From: a virus
Length of the DNA: 64,000 bases
Virus record (IMG/VR): IMGVR_UViG_3300021960_000054
Coordinates: 8,047 to 72,046 of that record
Direction: 5' to 3' (one strand)
Below the pieces are notes generated by a model. That model did no database searches and was not told the origin of the DNA. It saw nothing but the letters and a program-made list of their open reading frames with translations. This document shows, piece after piece, positions 54,672 to 64,000 of this stretch. Positions within the stretch are counted from its first letter, which is position 1. Each line of letters begins with the position of its first letter. A program made the translations under genes and the position numbers.

Positions 54672-54933
54672 ATATCATTTCACCTTCTTCTAGTTTTTCT
54701 TGAATTTGTTCTACAATAATATCACCCACAATAGAAGTGAAATCATCTTCGACTTCAACTCCTTCAGGTATTTTAATCAACTCATATTTAAATCGCATTG
54801 CTCTATGACCAGTTTCATCTGGTTCTGCGAACTGAATACGACCTACACGATATAGAACACCTGCATACTTACCTTCATCAATTTTAGTTGCAATGTGTTT
54901 ATCGCTTTCAACGTAACTAAACTTCACCGCCAT
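54652..54933 (-). CDS. gp40-like head vertex assembly chaperone
   Basis: Position between uvsX and 41; [12 protein letters not shown]...VGDII. Confidence 0.6.
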   Translation of the reverse strand: MAVKFSYVESDKHIATKIDEGKYAGVLYRVGRIQFAEPDETGHRAMRFKYELIKIPEGVEVEDDFTSIVGDIIVEQIQEKLEEGEMIYANGTD

Positions 54934-55939
54934 ACTTAAACTTTCCTTTTGCAAATTCATCTAATTGTGTCATCACTTCTTCAGTAAAGTACTTCTCGGG
55001 ATTATCTAAAATCTGCTTACCATACATCTTAGACCCATCTGGTAGTTCGATACGAGTTGCTACTTTCTTGAAGATACCTGCTTCTTCAGCAAGTTCTAAT
55101 AGACCATAGTAGCGTGATAGACCACCCTTGTAGCGTAGTGACACATCAACTAGAGAATTCTCTTTAGTCAAGCGTGACTTGTTTAATCGACAGTGAATGA
55201 TGTTACCAATGACTTCTGTACCATCTTTCTCTTTCTTCTTAGATAAGAATACAATTGTTGATGCGGCGTACTGAAGACCTGACCCACCACCCATGACTTT
55301 CTGTGGGAACATAGTACCCATCTGGTCGTATGTGTGATTAGTAACAATCATTGGTACTTTTGCTTTACCTAATTTCAATGTCAGAACACGAAATGCCGCT
55401 TTAGTTAACTGCGCCCTTGTCATGTCTCTAGTCTCTTTACCATCTGCAGTATCTTCAATTTCTTTTGTTGTTGATAACATACCAAGACTATCAAGTACAA
55501 ACATCAGAGGTTTACGGTCTGCTTCTGATTGTTCGATGTACTTGTCAAGAATTTTAATGCCTTGTGTGCGAAACTCTTGTACAGTAGTCACAGGCATCAT
55601 GACGATACGATTTGTATCGATACCTCGTTCTTCAATCATGTCTTTAGTCAATGCACTTTCAGTTTCAAAGTATACGACACCCGCATCAGGATTCGTATCT
55701 AAGAAGTACTTGACTAGACCGAGGGCGAAAAAGGTCTTTCCAGTTGCGGATTCACCAGCGATTGCTGTAATCTTGTTAGCAGGCAGACCACCATAGATAC
55801 TACCACTCAGTAGTGCGTTAAAGATGTAAGACCCGGTGTCGATGAAAGTTGAAACGTCTCCCGCTTCTACTCCGTCAGCAACAATGCCAGCATACTCATT
55901 CTTACTTTCTTTAACGATATCTTTTAAAAAATCATTCAT
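54917..55939 (-). CDS. uvsX: RecA-like recombinase UvsX
   Basis: [37 protein letters not shown]. Confidence 0.95.
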   Translation of the reverse strand: MNDFLKDIVKESKNEYAGIVADGVEAGDVSTFIDTGSYIFNALLSGSIYGGLPANKITAIAGESATGKTFFALGLVKYFLDTNPDAGVVYFETESALTKDMIEERGIDTNRIVMMPVTTVQEFRTQGIKILDKYIEQSEADRKPLMFVLDSLGMLSTTKEIEDTADGKETRDMTRAQLTKAAFRVLTLKLGKAKVPMIVTNHTYDQMGTMFPQKVMGGGSGLQYAASTIVFLSKKKEKDGTEVIGNIIHCRLNKSRLTKENSLVDVSLRYKGGLSRYYGLLELAEEAGIFKKVATRIELPDGSKMYGKQILDNPEKYFTEEVMTQLDEFAKGKFKYGGEV

Positions 55940-55988
55940 TTATTGTTCCTCATTATTTAATATACTATACACCATTTTCTTGTCAATG

Positions 55989-56225
55989 TCAAGGTAATTT
56001 TTGGTCAGCATATGGCGAAACTGAAGGATCAACATACAAATTAATCATTTCAATCTGGTCATGATAATCTGCAACAATCTTTAACTCTTTTTCAATTTCT
56101 TCTAAAATATCACCATGCTCACCAATACCGACAGGGTTCTTCATCAATACATGAATGTTCATTACATGCTTGTCGATGTGACCTTTGGCATGTGCAAGTA
56201 GTGCTTTTTTAATTTGCTCTTCCAT
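55989..56225 (-). CDS. Conserved hypothetical protein
   Basis: NPVGIGEHGDI motif. Confidence 0.75.
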   Translation of the reverse strand: MEEQIKKALLAHAKGHIDKHVMNIHVLMKNPVGIGEHGDILEEIEKELKIVADYHDQIEMINLYVDPSVSPYADQKLP

Positions 56226-56234
56226 AATAATCTC

Positions 56235-58766
56235 CTATGCAAAAAAATCTTCTAGTGTGGGGACATGCTCTAATTGCCATTTGATACTATCAGCAATAAA
56301 CCGTAATGGGTCTAAGAATGTTTTCTCAAACTGCATGTCATAATCAATATATCTATGCATGTCAAACTCAGTTGGTAGAGTTGACAGAAACGATATAATA
56401 TTCTCGCCGATTGGATTCGGCATCTTACAGTGAATGAACTTAATCTTCTCACCATCTTTGATTTCAGGATAACGATGAGTTATCTTCTTGTCTTTCACAG
56501 TTTGATTATACATCAGCGCACCACGAACATGCATGGGAGTACCTTTCGTATAAACTTTTATGTCAGACGCATACTTCTTAATACCATTCACAGAGCGAGG
56601 AAATGCAATCTCTTCTGGTGGTAGTGTTAAGAATTCTTTTCTAGTATTCTCAATATATTCCAGCAAGTCTTCTTGAGTACCATTTACAATAACTTTAATC
56701 GCTTCACGCAAATACACGCGAACCGGAGCAGGAGTTGAAGACTTAACAACTTCTAACCCCATAATCTTGAGTTTGGGTTCAGAGTATTGAACACCCTCTG
56801 AGTTGTGTACATTTAATACATATCTTTTCTTAGCAGTCCAGATGCCTCGGTCAGCGATAACTTCTCGCTTCATAAACATCTTTTGCTGATATGCATTCAT
56901 ATAAGAAGCAAGGTCTTGATAACTCTTATCAATAAACGGTTCCAACTTCTCGGAACCCACTCTATCAAGAAATCTAACAATCTTAGGCGTGAGTTCACGA
57001 CTTTGATCCTTCGATAGAGGTTCTCCCTCATTAAACACTTTTTGTACCAGTCCACTAAGATTAATGTAAACCGAATCCGTATCGCTTGCAATGACATAGT
57101 TCGCTCCATCAGTTTTCAGCAAGTTATTAAAGTACTTGTTCAAAGCACTCTCAATCCATCTGATAGACAATTGACCAGATAGAGTAATACCTTCTGCTTG
57201 TTTGATATCAAAATATCGAAAGTATTGATTACCTAACGCACCATAAGCAGAGTTCAATGCAATCTTCTTTGCAAGTTGAATGTTACCATATCTTGCAATA
57301 TCATTTAGAAGTGACTTGTTCTTAGTAACTTGATATTCTTGTTCTGCGTCAAGCATTTTCTTTTTAAAGAACTTTCTACTTTCATAGAGTTCTTCCATCA
57401 TAGCAGGTAGAAACCCTTGCTTATCTATTTTGAAACACTGACCATTTGCCGCCATCGTTAGATTTCTTTGCTTGAGATGTGCAGTGTCTAATTTCTTTTC
57501 TAGTAGTTCATCAACAGTACATGTTACACGTTCATTAACAAGTGTATCTGGAGAAATATTATACTGCATAATCAAATGAGGATATAGAGAGTTCAAGTCA
57601 AAAGACATAACCCAATCATGTGCGCCAATAACAGGGTCTTTTACATATGCACCAGCATATGCTTCATTCTTCGCAAACGACCTCTTAGGCGGAATCACAA
57701 CACCTCGTCTACGCAAGTGATTATAGATGAGCATATCCCAACAGCGAACTTGGGAGAATACATCTTCATAGTTAACACGAAAGTCATACGCCATCGTCAA
57801 CTGCAAATCAATCAGACCGAGTTTATCTTCTAACTGTGCGACAAGTTCAACGTCACGAATGTTATAGTCAACAAACTTATCCCAATCTTGCTCATAGAAC
57901 TCTTTGAAGTTTTGATACTCAGAGTGGTCAAGTTTCTCAGAACCAAGTTCTACATTTGCAATAAAGTCAAGTTTGAAACTCTCATAACCAATACCACGAT
58001 ACTTGCGGAAGAGTTCAAGGTAGTCAATGCCAGCGATACCAAAGATATCATAATATTGTTGCTCACGACCTTGGATCGTGACCTTGCTACCTTTCACAAT
58101 CTTCCAAGGCGAGAGATAGCGCACAGCATCATCGCCTAGAAGTCGGTCAATTCGATTTACAATGTAAGGAATGTCAAAGAAGCGACTGTTCCAACCAGTG
58201 ACAACATCAGGTTTATATTCTTGAATGAAAGCAATGAAATCTTTCAGCATCGTTTCTTCACGCATGAAGTACCGATAGTCTACTTCTTTATTGTCACCAT
58301 GATATTCTCTAGTACCCCACGTTGTCAACTTTTTAGTGAGACTGTCTCGCACAGTGATAAGCAAGATTTCTTCATTTGCAGTTTCAATGTTAGGGAAACC
58401 ATACTCAGTTGAAGTCTCAATATCAAGCGAGAGAATAGAGATTTGACTAGTATCGAAAGCAATTTCATCTTGCTCAACAAAGTTATCTGATATCCATTGA
58501 TAGAGATATTGAGTTTGACCATAGACTTTGAAGTTTGAAACATCGCGATACTGGTCGCAAAACTCTCTTGCTTCTTTTACAGAACCTGGTTTGAATTCTT
58601 CAACATACTCGCCTTCGATAGTCTTCCATGAGGTAGGTTTGTTTGCTCTCAAGTACAATGTCGGCGAGAAGTCTTTGTACCTTTGCATGATACGCTGACC
58701 GTCATGACCGACACCGCGAACTAGAATATTGTTACCCCATTGCTGGACGTTTGTATAGAATTTCAA
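56235..58766 (-). CDS. 43: DNA polymerase B (T4 gp43), TTG start
   Basis: LDIET, GWNSRFFD, SFDLNSLYP, KIALNSAYG, SDTDS, KKRY. Confidence 0.97.
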   Translation of the reverse strand: MKFYTNVQQWGNNILVRGVGHDGQRIMQRYKDFSPTLYLRANKPTSWKTIEGEYVEEFKPGSVKEAREFCDQYRDVSNFKVYGQTQYLYQWISDNFVEQDEIAFDTSQISILSLDIETSTEYGFPNIETANEEILLITVRDSLTKKLTTWGTREYHGDNKEVDYRYFMREETMLKDFIAFIQEYKPDVVTGWNSRFFDIPYIVNRIDRLLGDDAVRYLSPWKIVKGSKVTIQGREQQYYDIFGIAGIDYLELFRKYRGIGYESFKLDFIANVELGSEKLDHSEYQNFKEFYEQDWDKFVDYNIRDVELVAQLEDKLGLIDLQLTMAYDFRVNYEDVFSQVRCWDMLIYNHLRRRGVVIPPKRSFAKNEAYAGAYVKDPVIGAHDWVMSFDLNSLYPHLIMQYNISPDTLVNERVTCTVDELLEKKLDTAHLKQRNLTMAANGQCFKIDKQGFLPAMMEELYESRKFFKKKMLDAEQEYQVTKNKSLLNDIARYGNIQLAKKIALNSAYGALGNQYFRYFDIKQAEGITLSGQLSIRWIESALNKYFNNLLKTDGANYVIASDTDSVYINLSGLVQKVFNEGEPLSKDQSRELTPKIVRFLDRVGSEKLEPFIDKSYQDLASYMNAYQQKMFMKREVIADRGIWTAKKRYVLNVHNSEGVQYSEPKLKIMGLEVVKSSTPAPVRVYLREAIKVIVNGTQEDLLEYIENTRKEFLTLPPEEIAFPRSVNGIKKYASDIKVYTKGTPMHVRGALMYNQTVKDKKITHRYPEIKDGEKIKFIHCKMPNPIGENIISFLSTLPTEFDMHRYIDYDMQFEKTFLDPLRFIADSIKWQLEHVPTLEDFFA

Positions 58767-58796
58767 GAACTCACCTCACATTTACATTATTATAAT

Positions 58797-58825
58797 ACTA
58801 TACACGATTGCGTATAGTTTGTCAA
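58797..58825 (-). promoter_or_regulatory. gp43 promoter with overlapping palindrome
   Basis: TTGACA-N17-TATAGT; inverted repeat at 58797-58818. Confidence 0.65.
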
Positions 58826-58840
58826 GTCTTTTGTTGTCTT

Positions 58841-59146
58841 TTACCCCTTTAGGAGTTGAGATGGTGATGGTGGTACTACTAGTCCACTGCCGAATGCTTT
58901 GTTGTATCCGTTCAGTAGTTCGTTGTTTGGTTCTGCAACATAAACAACCGTATGTTTACCAATTTCTAAATGGTTGTCTGTATATGGACAATAAGGACCC
59001 ATCTGAACAGACATGTTACCATTTTGTCCTGGCGCCATCATTACAATAGCAGGTTTAACTACATGGATGTGAGTATCATTTTCGCTTTGTACTTTAGCAA
59101 TAATCTCTTCACCGTTAATCATTTTAATCAATTTAATATTAAGCAT
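58841..59146 (-). CDS. Sm/SH3-like conserved T4-like protein
   Basis: IKLIKMINGEEIIA...YNKAFGSGLVVP. Confidence 0.75.
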   Translation of the reverse strand: MLNIKLIKMINGEEIIAKVQSENDTHIHVVKPAIVMMAPGQNGNMSVQMGPYCPYTDNHLEIGKHTVVYVAEPNNELLNGYNKAFGSGLVVPPSPSQLLKG

Positions 59147-59372
59147 TATCATCTTCCTGTAATAGTTCTTTTAAGACTGCAATTGCGCCAACAGTACTAT
59201 TTGCTTCACGCTCTAATTGCGCGATTGCACCTTGATATTGCTTAATTGCTGATTTCTGTTGTTCAAATATTTCTTCTAGTTCAGATACTTTAGTTTCGAT
59301 GATTGATGTAGAAACATTCATCTTTTCAAGTTTATCCGTGACTGGTGTTTTTTGTGCCATCTGGTTCTCCAT
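59139..59372 (-). CDS. Coiled-coil hypothetical protein
   Basis: Heptad pattern; GAIAVLKEL. Confidence 0.6.
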   Translation of the reverse strand: MENQMAQKTPVTDKLEKMNVSTSIIETKVSELEEIFEQQKSAIKQYQGAIAQLEREANSTVGAIAVLKELLQEDDNA

Positions 59373-59381
59373 AATTTAAAA

Positions 59382-59405
59382 ATGAGCAGTTTTATCACAT
59401 GCTCA
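59382..59405 (-). terminator. Terminator after hsp20
   Basis: TGAGCA...TGCTCA followed by TTTT on the minus strand. Confidence 0.55.
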
Positions 59406-59424
59406 GGTGGTGCCCTCCGAAGGA

Positions 59425-59880
59425 TTATTTAATATCAATCTTCTTAGGTAGTTTCTCTTCAGGAATGATACGCTCAAGTTCAACCCTCAACATACCATCT
59501 TTGAGTTCTGCTCCATTGACAACAACTTCATCAGCAAGAGTAAACTTTCTAGTGAAAGAGCGATTAGAAATACCTTTCCAAATCGACAACTTATCTTTAG
59601 TGTCCTCTTGTTTTTTTGATTTGATTGTCAGACAACCTTCTGCAAAATCAATTTCAATATCATCTTTACTGTAACCAGCGAGTGCCATTTCGATAGTGTA
59701 TTTGTAACCATCTTCAGCATCTTTGATGATATTGTATGGAGGAAATCCACTGGACTCTGCTTGATGTGTCGCATAATCCCACAACCTATTAAAGGTGTGG
59801 TCGAATCCAACAGCATAAGGGGTTAATAAGTTTTGGTCAAACGACTGTAGCGCCGACCTTAGTGTCGTTAAATTAGTCAT
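59425..59880 (-). CDS. hsp20: Small heat shock protein (Hsp20/IbpA family)
   Basis: FPPYNII, IEMALAGYS, GISNRSFTRKF, LKDGML. Confidence 0.93.
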   Translation of the reverse strand: MTNLTTLRSALQSFDQNLLTPYAVGFDHTFNRLWDYATHQAESSGFPPYNIIKDAEDGYKYTIEMALAGYSKDDIEIDFAEGCLTIKSKKQEDTKDKLSIWKGISNRSFTRKFTLADEVVVNGAELKDGMLRVELERIIPEEKLPKKIDIK

Positions 59881-59946
59881 GTTTTAATCTCCTATTAAGC
59901 AAGACTTTTTGTTTATAAAATGAAGACCCTACCATAGGCATCTTCA
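59881..59946 (-). promoter_or_regulatory. ROSE-like RNA thermometer in the hsp20 5' UTR
   Basis: UCUUGCU paired with the AGGAGA SD, plus an upstream hairpin. Confidence 0.55.
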
Positions 59947-59998
59947 TGTATATTATATAGTCACGTTTTTTCATAATTCAATACTTCACCTTCGGTAA

Positions 59999-60406
59999 TT
60001 ATGCTTCGTGCTTTTTCTTACCGATATTATATTTAGTTTCTAAAATCCACTCATGCTTCTCTTTAAACGCAATTACTTTAATCTGCGAAAGAGGTGCTTG
60101 ATTTGTAATTTTTGCCTCATTAATAACCGCAACTAATCCCCAATCGTTTAATAGTTTAACGATTGTGTTTCTACGATATTCATCTTCTTCTGAAAAATTT
60201 GTTTGTTTACCATCTAGTCCGAACAACTCTTTAAAGTGTACGATAAAGTATCTACCTTGCTTATGCAAGATATGACAAGACTGATATAATTTTTTATCTT
60301 TTTTAGAAGCGATCCCAATTCGCGAAAGCGTTTCTCTAATTTTTAGAAAATCATCAGGTTGAGATAGCGTAACCTCAACCATATTTTCAACTGTCCACTC
60401 ATTCAT
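59999..60406 (-). CDS. regA: Translational repressor RegA
   Basis: DDFLKIRETLSRIGIAS, LYQSCHILHKQGRYFIVHFKELF. Confidence 0.96.
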   Translation of the reverse strand: MNEWTVENMVEVTLSQPDDFLKIRETLSRIGIASKKDKKLYQSCHILHKQGRYFIVHFKELFGLDGKQTNFSEEDEYRRNTIVKLLNDWGLVAVINEAKITNQAPLSQIKVIAFKEKHEWILETKYNIGKKKHEA

Positions 60407-60786
60407 TTTACTCCACCTTTATTATTAATCTTTTCTTTTATAAGTTCAATTTGCTTTTGAGAAAGGACAGATAACGCGGAGACTGCTTTGGGATATGAGT
60501 AATTGTAGTATGCTTTAACATATTCTAAGTCTTCACTCTTATCTGCTTTCTGCCATTTATCAAATCGCTTTCGCTTACTAATACTATTTAGTAAAAAGTC
60601 AAATTGTAACTTTTTAGAAAGGTGGTGTCTTTGGTTCATCTCATTCGCTTGAAGCACAGTATCAATACCCATGCTCAATCCACGATTGACAATGAATGGA
60701 TTGTATTCTTTTTCTGTTAAATCATCAACAATCATATTCTCTTTAGTATTGCTGATTGCTTTTATATAATCAAATGGTGTTGTCAT
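60403..60786 (-). CDS. 62: Clamp loader small subunit (gp62)
   Basis: PFDYIKAI, YNPFIVNRGLS, ANEMN, KRKRF. Confidence 0.92.
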   Translation of the reverse strand: MTTPFDYIKAISNTKENMIVDDLTEKEYNPFIVNRGLSMGIDTVLQANEMNQRHHLSKKLQFDFLLNSISKRKRFDKWQKADKSEDLEYVKAYYNYSYPKAVSALSVLSQKQIELIKEKINNKGGVK

Positions 60787-61445
60787 CTATTCACATCCCA
60801 AAAAAAGACTTGGTTCATTCTCCAGTTGTCGGTGTATGTCTTGTGATTGGTCATAAACCCACCATGCATATACCATCCAGGATAAAGAACTAGTCTGTTA
60901 TACTCTGCAGGAATTACATCATAATTAAACGGATCAATATCAACTCTAATATCATCATCTTCGACATAATCAATTTCTATATTATCAATATCATAAATTG
61001 CAGTACCACCTTGACTGAATTTATCCAAGTATACGATACCAGCAAATTTTGTTTGAGAGTCCATATGAGGATATTGCTGAATATTAGAAGGTGGAGTATT
61101 AATCCACTTGAACAAATTAAACCGCAATGGTTCATCTCTAGTAATCAATTTAAAGTCATCAAAAGTTTGTTCGATGATACCCCAAATTTGCTTTTGTGCT
61201 TTACTATCAAAGTTTCTGTTTTGTTCAATTGTCAGTCTGCAATCATAGTAGTCTTTAAAATTTCTACTAGTATCACTACGCTTCCAATCTTCAACCCAAG
61301 TATCAGACAGCATCCAATGAATGTCATCCGGTCTCTTGTAGAAATTATCGACAACTACTACTTTACCCGAATTCGTATCATAGATATCAACATCTAAGAT
61401 ATCATTAGGTTCGAACAATTCATTATGTAGATAAGGTGTAGGCAT
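60783..61445 (-). CDS. 2OG-Fe(II) oxygenase-like protein (DUF6445-like)
   Basis: VDNFYKRPD...PHMD...GGTAIY...YNRLVLY...HG...RMNQVFF. Confidence 0.75.
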   Translation of the reverse strand: MPTPYLHNELFEPNDILDVDIYDTNSGKVVVVDNFYKRPDDIHWMLSDTWVEDWKRSDTSRNFKDYYDCRLTIEQNRNFDSKAQKQIWGIIEQTFDDFKLITRDEPLRFNLFKWINTPPSNIQQYPHMDSQTKFAGIVYLDKFSQGGTAIYDIDNIEIDYVEDDDIRVDIDPFNYDVIPAEYNRLVLYPGWYMHGGFMTNHKTYTDNWRMNQVFFWDVNR

Positions 61446-62392
61446 TATTGAAACTCACAATCAACCATAACCTCAGTAAAGAATGCAACCATGTTAACTT
61501 CTTGGTCTGCAACATGAACATTTTTATATTGATAGTCAGCAATCTTTAGAACCACTAGAGGAATGCTTTGTGGTTGCATATGCTCACTCATAGTGTCATA
61601 TACTTTTCTGTATATGTCTTGAGCGTCAGTTGTATGAATGGTGTCAGCGACCCATTTACGCATCTTCTGAAAGTCTTTAGTCTTACAGTAGTTGACAACT
61701 GCTTTAATCTCTACATCTCCAGTATTGCTTGCTGATGATGCATCGATACGACCCGCGGTAGATATCTTCTGTAGTTCATTGAGGGTGCGTCTAAAGTCAG
61801 GAAAGAATTTCTCAACAATCTTTGCGACAGGACCATTCTCAAACTCAACGGACTCTTCTTTTAGAATTTGCGTAACTCTCTTAAAGAAGTTTCCAGCAAG
61901 AGCAGGTTTCTCTTCTTTGGGAATGTTAAACTCAATCACAGAACACCGTGAGTGTAAGGCAGGAATAATCTTGTTCTTATAATTACAAGTGAAGATGAAC
62001 CGACAGTTCTTACTAAACTCTTCGATAAAGTTACGCAGTGCAGGTTGTGTCACCGCGGTCAAATAGTCTGCTTCATCATAGATTACAACTTTACCCCCAC
62101 CACCAAATGAGACAGTGCTTGCAAAGTTTGTAATTTTGTTTCGTAAGGTGTCGATATCACCTTCACTTGAACCGTTGAGAATAATCCAATCATACCCCAT
62201 TTGCTGGCATAGTGCTTTAGCAACCGTAGTCTTACCTACGCCAGCAGACCCACACAACAACAAGTTTGGTATCTCACCTTGATTAACAAAGTCGAGAAAA
62301 GTCTTCTCTAAATGTTTAGGTAAGATAGCATCTTCTATAGTCTGTGGACGATACTTTTCGACCCACAGAAATTCATCACTTTTAATATCCAT
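61445..62392 (-). CDS. 44: Clamp loader large subunit (gp44)
   Basis: LWVEKYRP, GSAGVGKTT, DEAD, LHSRC, FPDFRR. Confidence 0.96.
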   Translation of the reverse strand: MDIKSDEFLWVEKYRPQTIEDAILPKHLEKTFLDFVNQGEIPNLLLCGSAGVGKTTVAKALCQQMGYDWIILNGSSEGDIDTLRNKITNFASTVSFGGGGKVVIYDEADYLTAVTQPALRNFIEEFSKNCRFIFTCNYKNKIIPALHSRCSVIEFNIPKEEKPALAGNFFKRVTQILKEESVEFENGPVAKIVEKFFPDFRRTLNELQKISTAGRIDASSASNTGDVEIKAVVNYCKTKDFQKMRKWVADTIHTTDAQDIYRKVYDTMSEHMQPQSIPLVVLKIADYQYKNVHVADQEVNMVAFFTEVMVDCEFQ

Positions 62393-62413
62393 TATATAAT
62401 CCTTGTTGTTAAA

Positions 62414-63079
62414 TTAACCTTCGTATGTGCTATCAGTCTCCAATGCAACCCAATATTGTAGGTTCTTATTAGCATTGACCCAATGCGAGATATTCTTGCT
62501 TGAAACAGTCAAGTCATACTCACCAGGAATCATACGCAGGTTATCACGCTTAAAGTAGAAGTTGAACTTAGTTCCATTACCTTCAGCAACTTCAACATTA
62601 AATTGATTTGATGTTTGGTTCTTCTTATCAGTTGCGATAAGATTAATTGTATCACCATCAGACACAAGACCGATATCGTTCAACTGCATAATATTTGATG
62701 CTTTGAGCAAGTCAGTATATGTGGACTGTGAGATGCGAACACGCACTTCACTTGATGGCATAGTAATGCTCTTAGTTGGTGATACGACCAAACTAGCATC
62801 AGCATACCAGAACTTAGAACTAGACTTACCTTGTGCGATAGTCAAATAGTTTTCACCTAGAGAAATCTCTGGTGCTTCATATAGTGACAATACACTCAAT
62901 AGAGAGTTCAAGTCATAGATAGCAAACTCTCGGTCGAAAGTTTCTTCTACTGTTGCTTCTGCTAAAACATTTTTCATTACTGAAATTGTTTGCAGTGTGT
63001 TACCTGGTTTAATAAGTAGGTTCTCATTAATCTCAGAGAAGTTTTTTAAAACTTCAAAAGTTTGTTTACTAATTTTCAT
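62414..63079 (-). CDS. 45: Sliding clamp (gp45)
   Basis: MKISKQTFEVLKNFSEIN, FAIYDL, YWVALE. Confidence 0.95.
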   Translation of the reverse strand: MKISKQTFEVLKNFSEINENLLIKPGNTLQTISVMKNVLAEATVEETFDREFAIYDLNSLLSVLSLYEAPEISLGENYLTIAQGKSSSKFWYADASLVVSPTKSITMPSSEVRVRISQSTYTDLLKASNIMQLNDIGLVSDGDTINLIATDKKNQTSNQFNVEVAEGNGTKFNFYFKRDNLRMIPGEYDLTVSSKNISHWVNANKNLQYWVALETDSTYEG

Positions 63080-63360
63080 TACAAATCCTCATCATGTATA
63101 TACAGTTGTATTAGTGCGTAGTGTAGAACCTTCAACAGGTCTTTACGGGCATCACTAGCGGTACCCTTTTTGCCGTATCGTTGTGCATACTTTAGTACGT
63201 TACCGATACAGAAACCAGTGCCGTGTCCACCATCAATGATGAACTCGGTTGCTTGAAACTTGTCTTTTGAATAGTGACCATTCCGATAGGTGCTATCAAT
63301 GTATGTTTGAAACTCTTCAATAAGTGTCTTCTCATTAAATTTATAATCGATTGTCTTCAT
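63079..63360 (-). CDS. DUF3310-like protein
   Basis: HYS...GFCIGNVLKYAQRYGKK...DLLKVLHY. Confidence 0.8.
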   Translation of the reverse strand: MKTIDYKFNEKTLIEEFQTYIDSTYRNGHYSKDKFQATEFIIDGGHGTGFCIGNVLKYAQRYGKKGTASDARKDLLKVLHYALIQLYIHDEDL

Positions 63361-63383
63361 ATTCTCACTTTTCTCATGGTAAA

Positions 63384-63409
63384 AGTGGGTGGGGTTGCCC
63401 CCACCCATT
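63384..63409 (-). terminator. Rho-independent terminator
   Basis: TGGGTGGGG-CAA-CCCCACCCA followed by CTTTT on the minus strand. Confidence 0.7.
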
Positions 63410-63428
63410 AGGTGACTATAATGATGAG

Positions 63429-63686
63429 TTATGCGCCACGCATCGCAGTTACACCAGCGGCGATGACTGCCTTTGATGGTGTACCAACACGATATGATAC
63501 AGTACGCTTACCTGTTACAGGGTTCGCATAAATCATATTACCTTCAGCGCGAAGTTCACTGATACGGCGAGACACGTTGACTGTATCAGTCCGTGCTTTC
63601 CGTGCAAGTTGCTTGCGGGTGAAGGACTCACCAGTTGAAAGGGCATTCATGATTTTTGTCTTTACAGACGTTTTTACTTTTGACAT
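63429..63686 (-). CDS. HTH DNA-binding protein
   Basis: FTRKQLA...VSRRISELRAEG..IYAN...YRVGTPS. Confidence 0.75.
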   Translation of the reverse strand: MSKVKTSVKTKIMNALSTGESFTRKQLARKARTDTVNVSRRISELRAEGNMIYANPVTGKRTVSYRVGTPSKAVIAAGVTAMRGA

Positions 63687-63764
63687 ATTATATTCACTCC
63701 ATTAAGTTATGTTAAATGTCGAGGTGCCAACATGACACCTCTATCAATTGTTTTAAGTATACTC

Positions 63765-64000
63765 TTAAAACGGTACTTTGTCAACGCTTTCTTCGGCGGC
63801 GACAGTATTTTCACCGATAGGACTACTGAAGTCACTTCCGGTGTCTGCATCAACCTTTGTGTAAAGGTCTATAAATGCAGTTTTGGTTTCATCGTCAAAA
63901 CGATTAACGCACAACTCAATCGCTTTCATACGATTTTTGAAAATGCCATATGCTTTGACGATGTGAACAAGTCGGCGAGTTGAGATAATCTCATCAATGC
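63765..64000 (-). CDS. cobS: CobS-like AAA+ ATPase (C-terminal fragment)
   Basis: Manually translated IDEIISTRRLVHIVKAYGIFKNRMKAIELCVNRFDDETKTAFIDLYTKVD. Confidence 0.85.
   Translation of the reverse strand, partial: IDEIISTRRLVHIVKAYGIFKNRMKAIELCVNRFDDETKTAFIDLYTKVDADTGSDFSSPIGENTVAAEESVDKVPF

Noticed and set aside
34343-58766. Introns or inteins in nrdA, nrdB, gp41, uvsX and gp43
   Set aside because: All are continuous ORFs of ordinary length with no intein motifs seen.
63361-63408. N-terminal extension MGGGNPTH... of the DUF3310-like ORF
   Set aside because: It lies inside a terminator hairpin; ATG 63360 is the more plausible start.

Overview
This window is 64 kb of a T4-like (myovirus-type) bacteriophage genome with low GC, most likely marine. 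An alphaproteobacterial host is inferred only from regulatory motifs. From right to left on the minus strand it carries the T4 replication core (cobS fragment, gp45, gp44, gp62, regA, hsp20, gp43, uvsX, gp40-like, gp41), a late cluster of probable capsid-packaged proteins with prohead-protease-type (L/I/F)-x-E propeptides (42-52 kb), spanins, gp61 primase, nrdA/nrdB, mazG, a RuvC-like nuclease, a thermonuclease, glutaredoxin, RNase H and a carbamoyltransferase. A plus-strand block (6.8-19.6 kb) holds thyX, many small early genes, an exported/lipoprotein cluster and four tRNAs. The left end carries bS21, a DenV-like glycosylase, PhoH and a GH108 lysozyme. About ten 2OG-Fe(II) oxygenase genes are scattered through the window. 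The most unusual signals are: (1) a promoter-driven, pseudo-two-fold symmetric RNA leader with complementary (kissing) loops at 20794-20874; (2) an adjacent ligase-superfamily and NMNAT-like gene pair that, with a HAD phosphatase and a P-loop kinase, looks like a virion-delivered enzyme kit; (3) a structured non-coding hub at the strand switch (19.6-19.9 kb); (4) a ROSE-like thermometer before hsp20; (5) an NHLP-leader-like protein; (6) apparent avoidance of RGCY sites. All calls come from reading the sequence by eye; no database searches were run.
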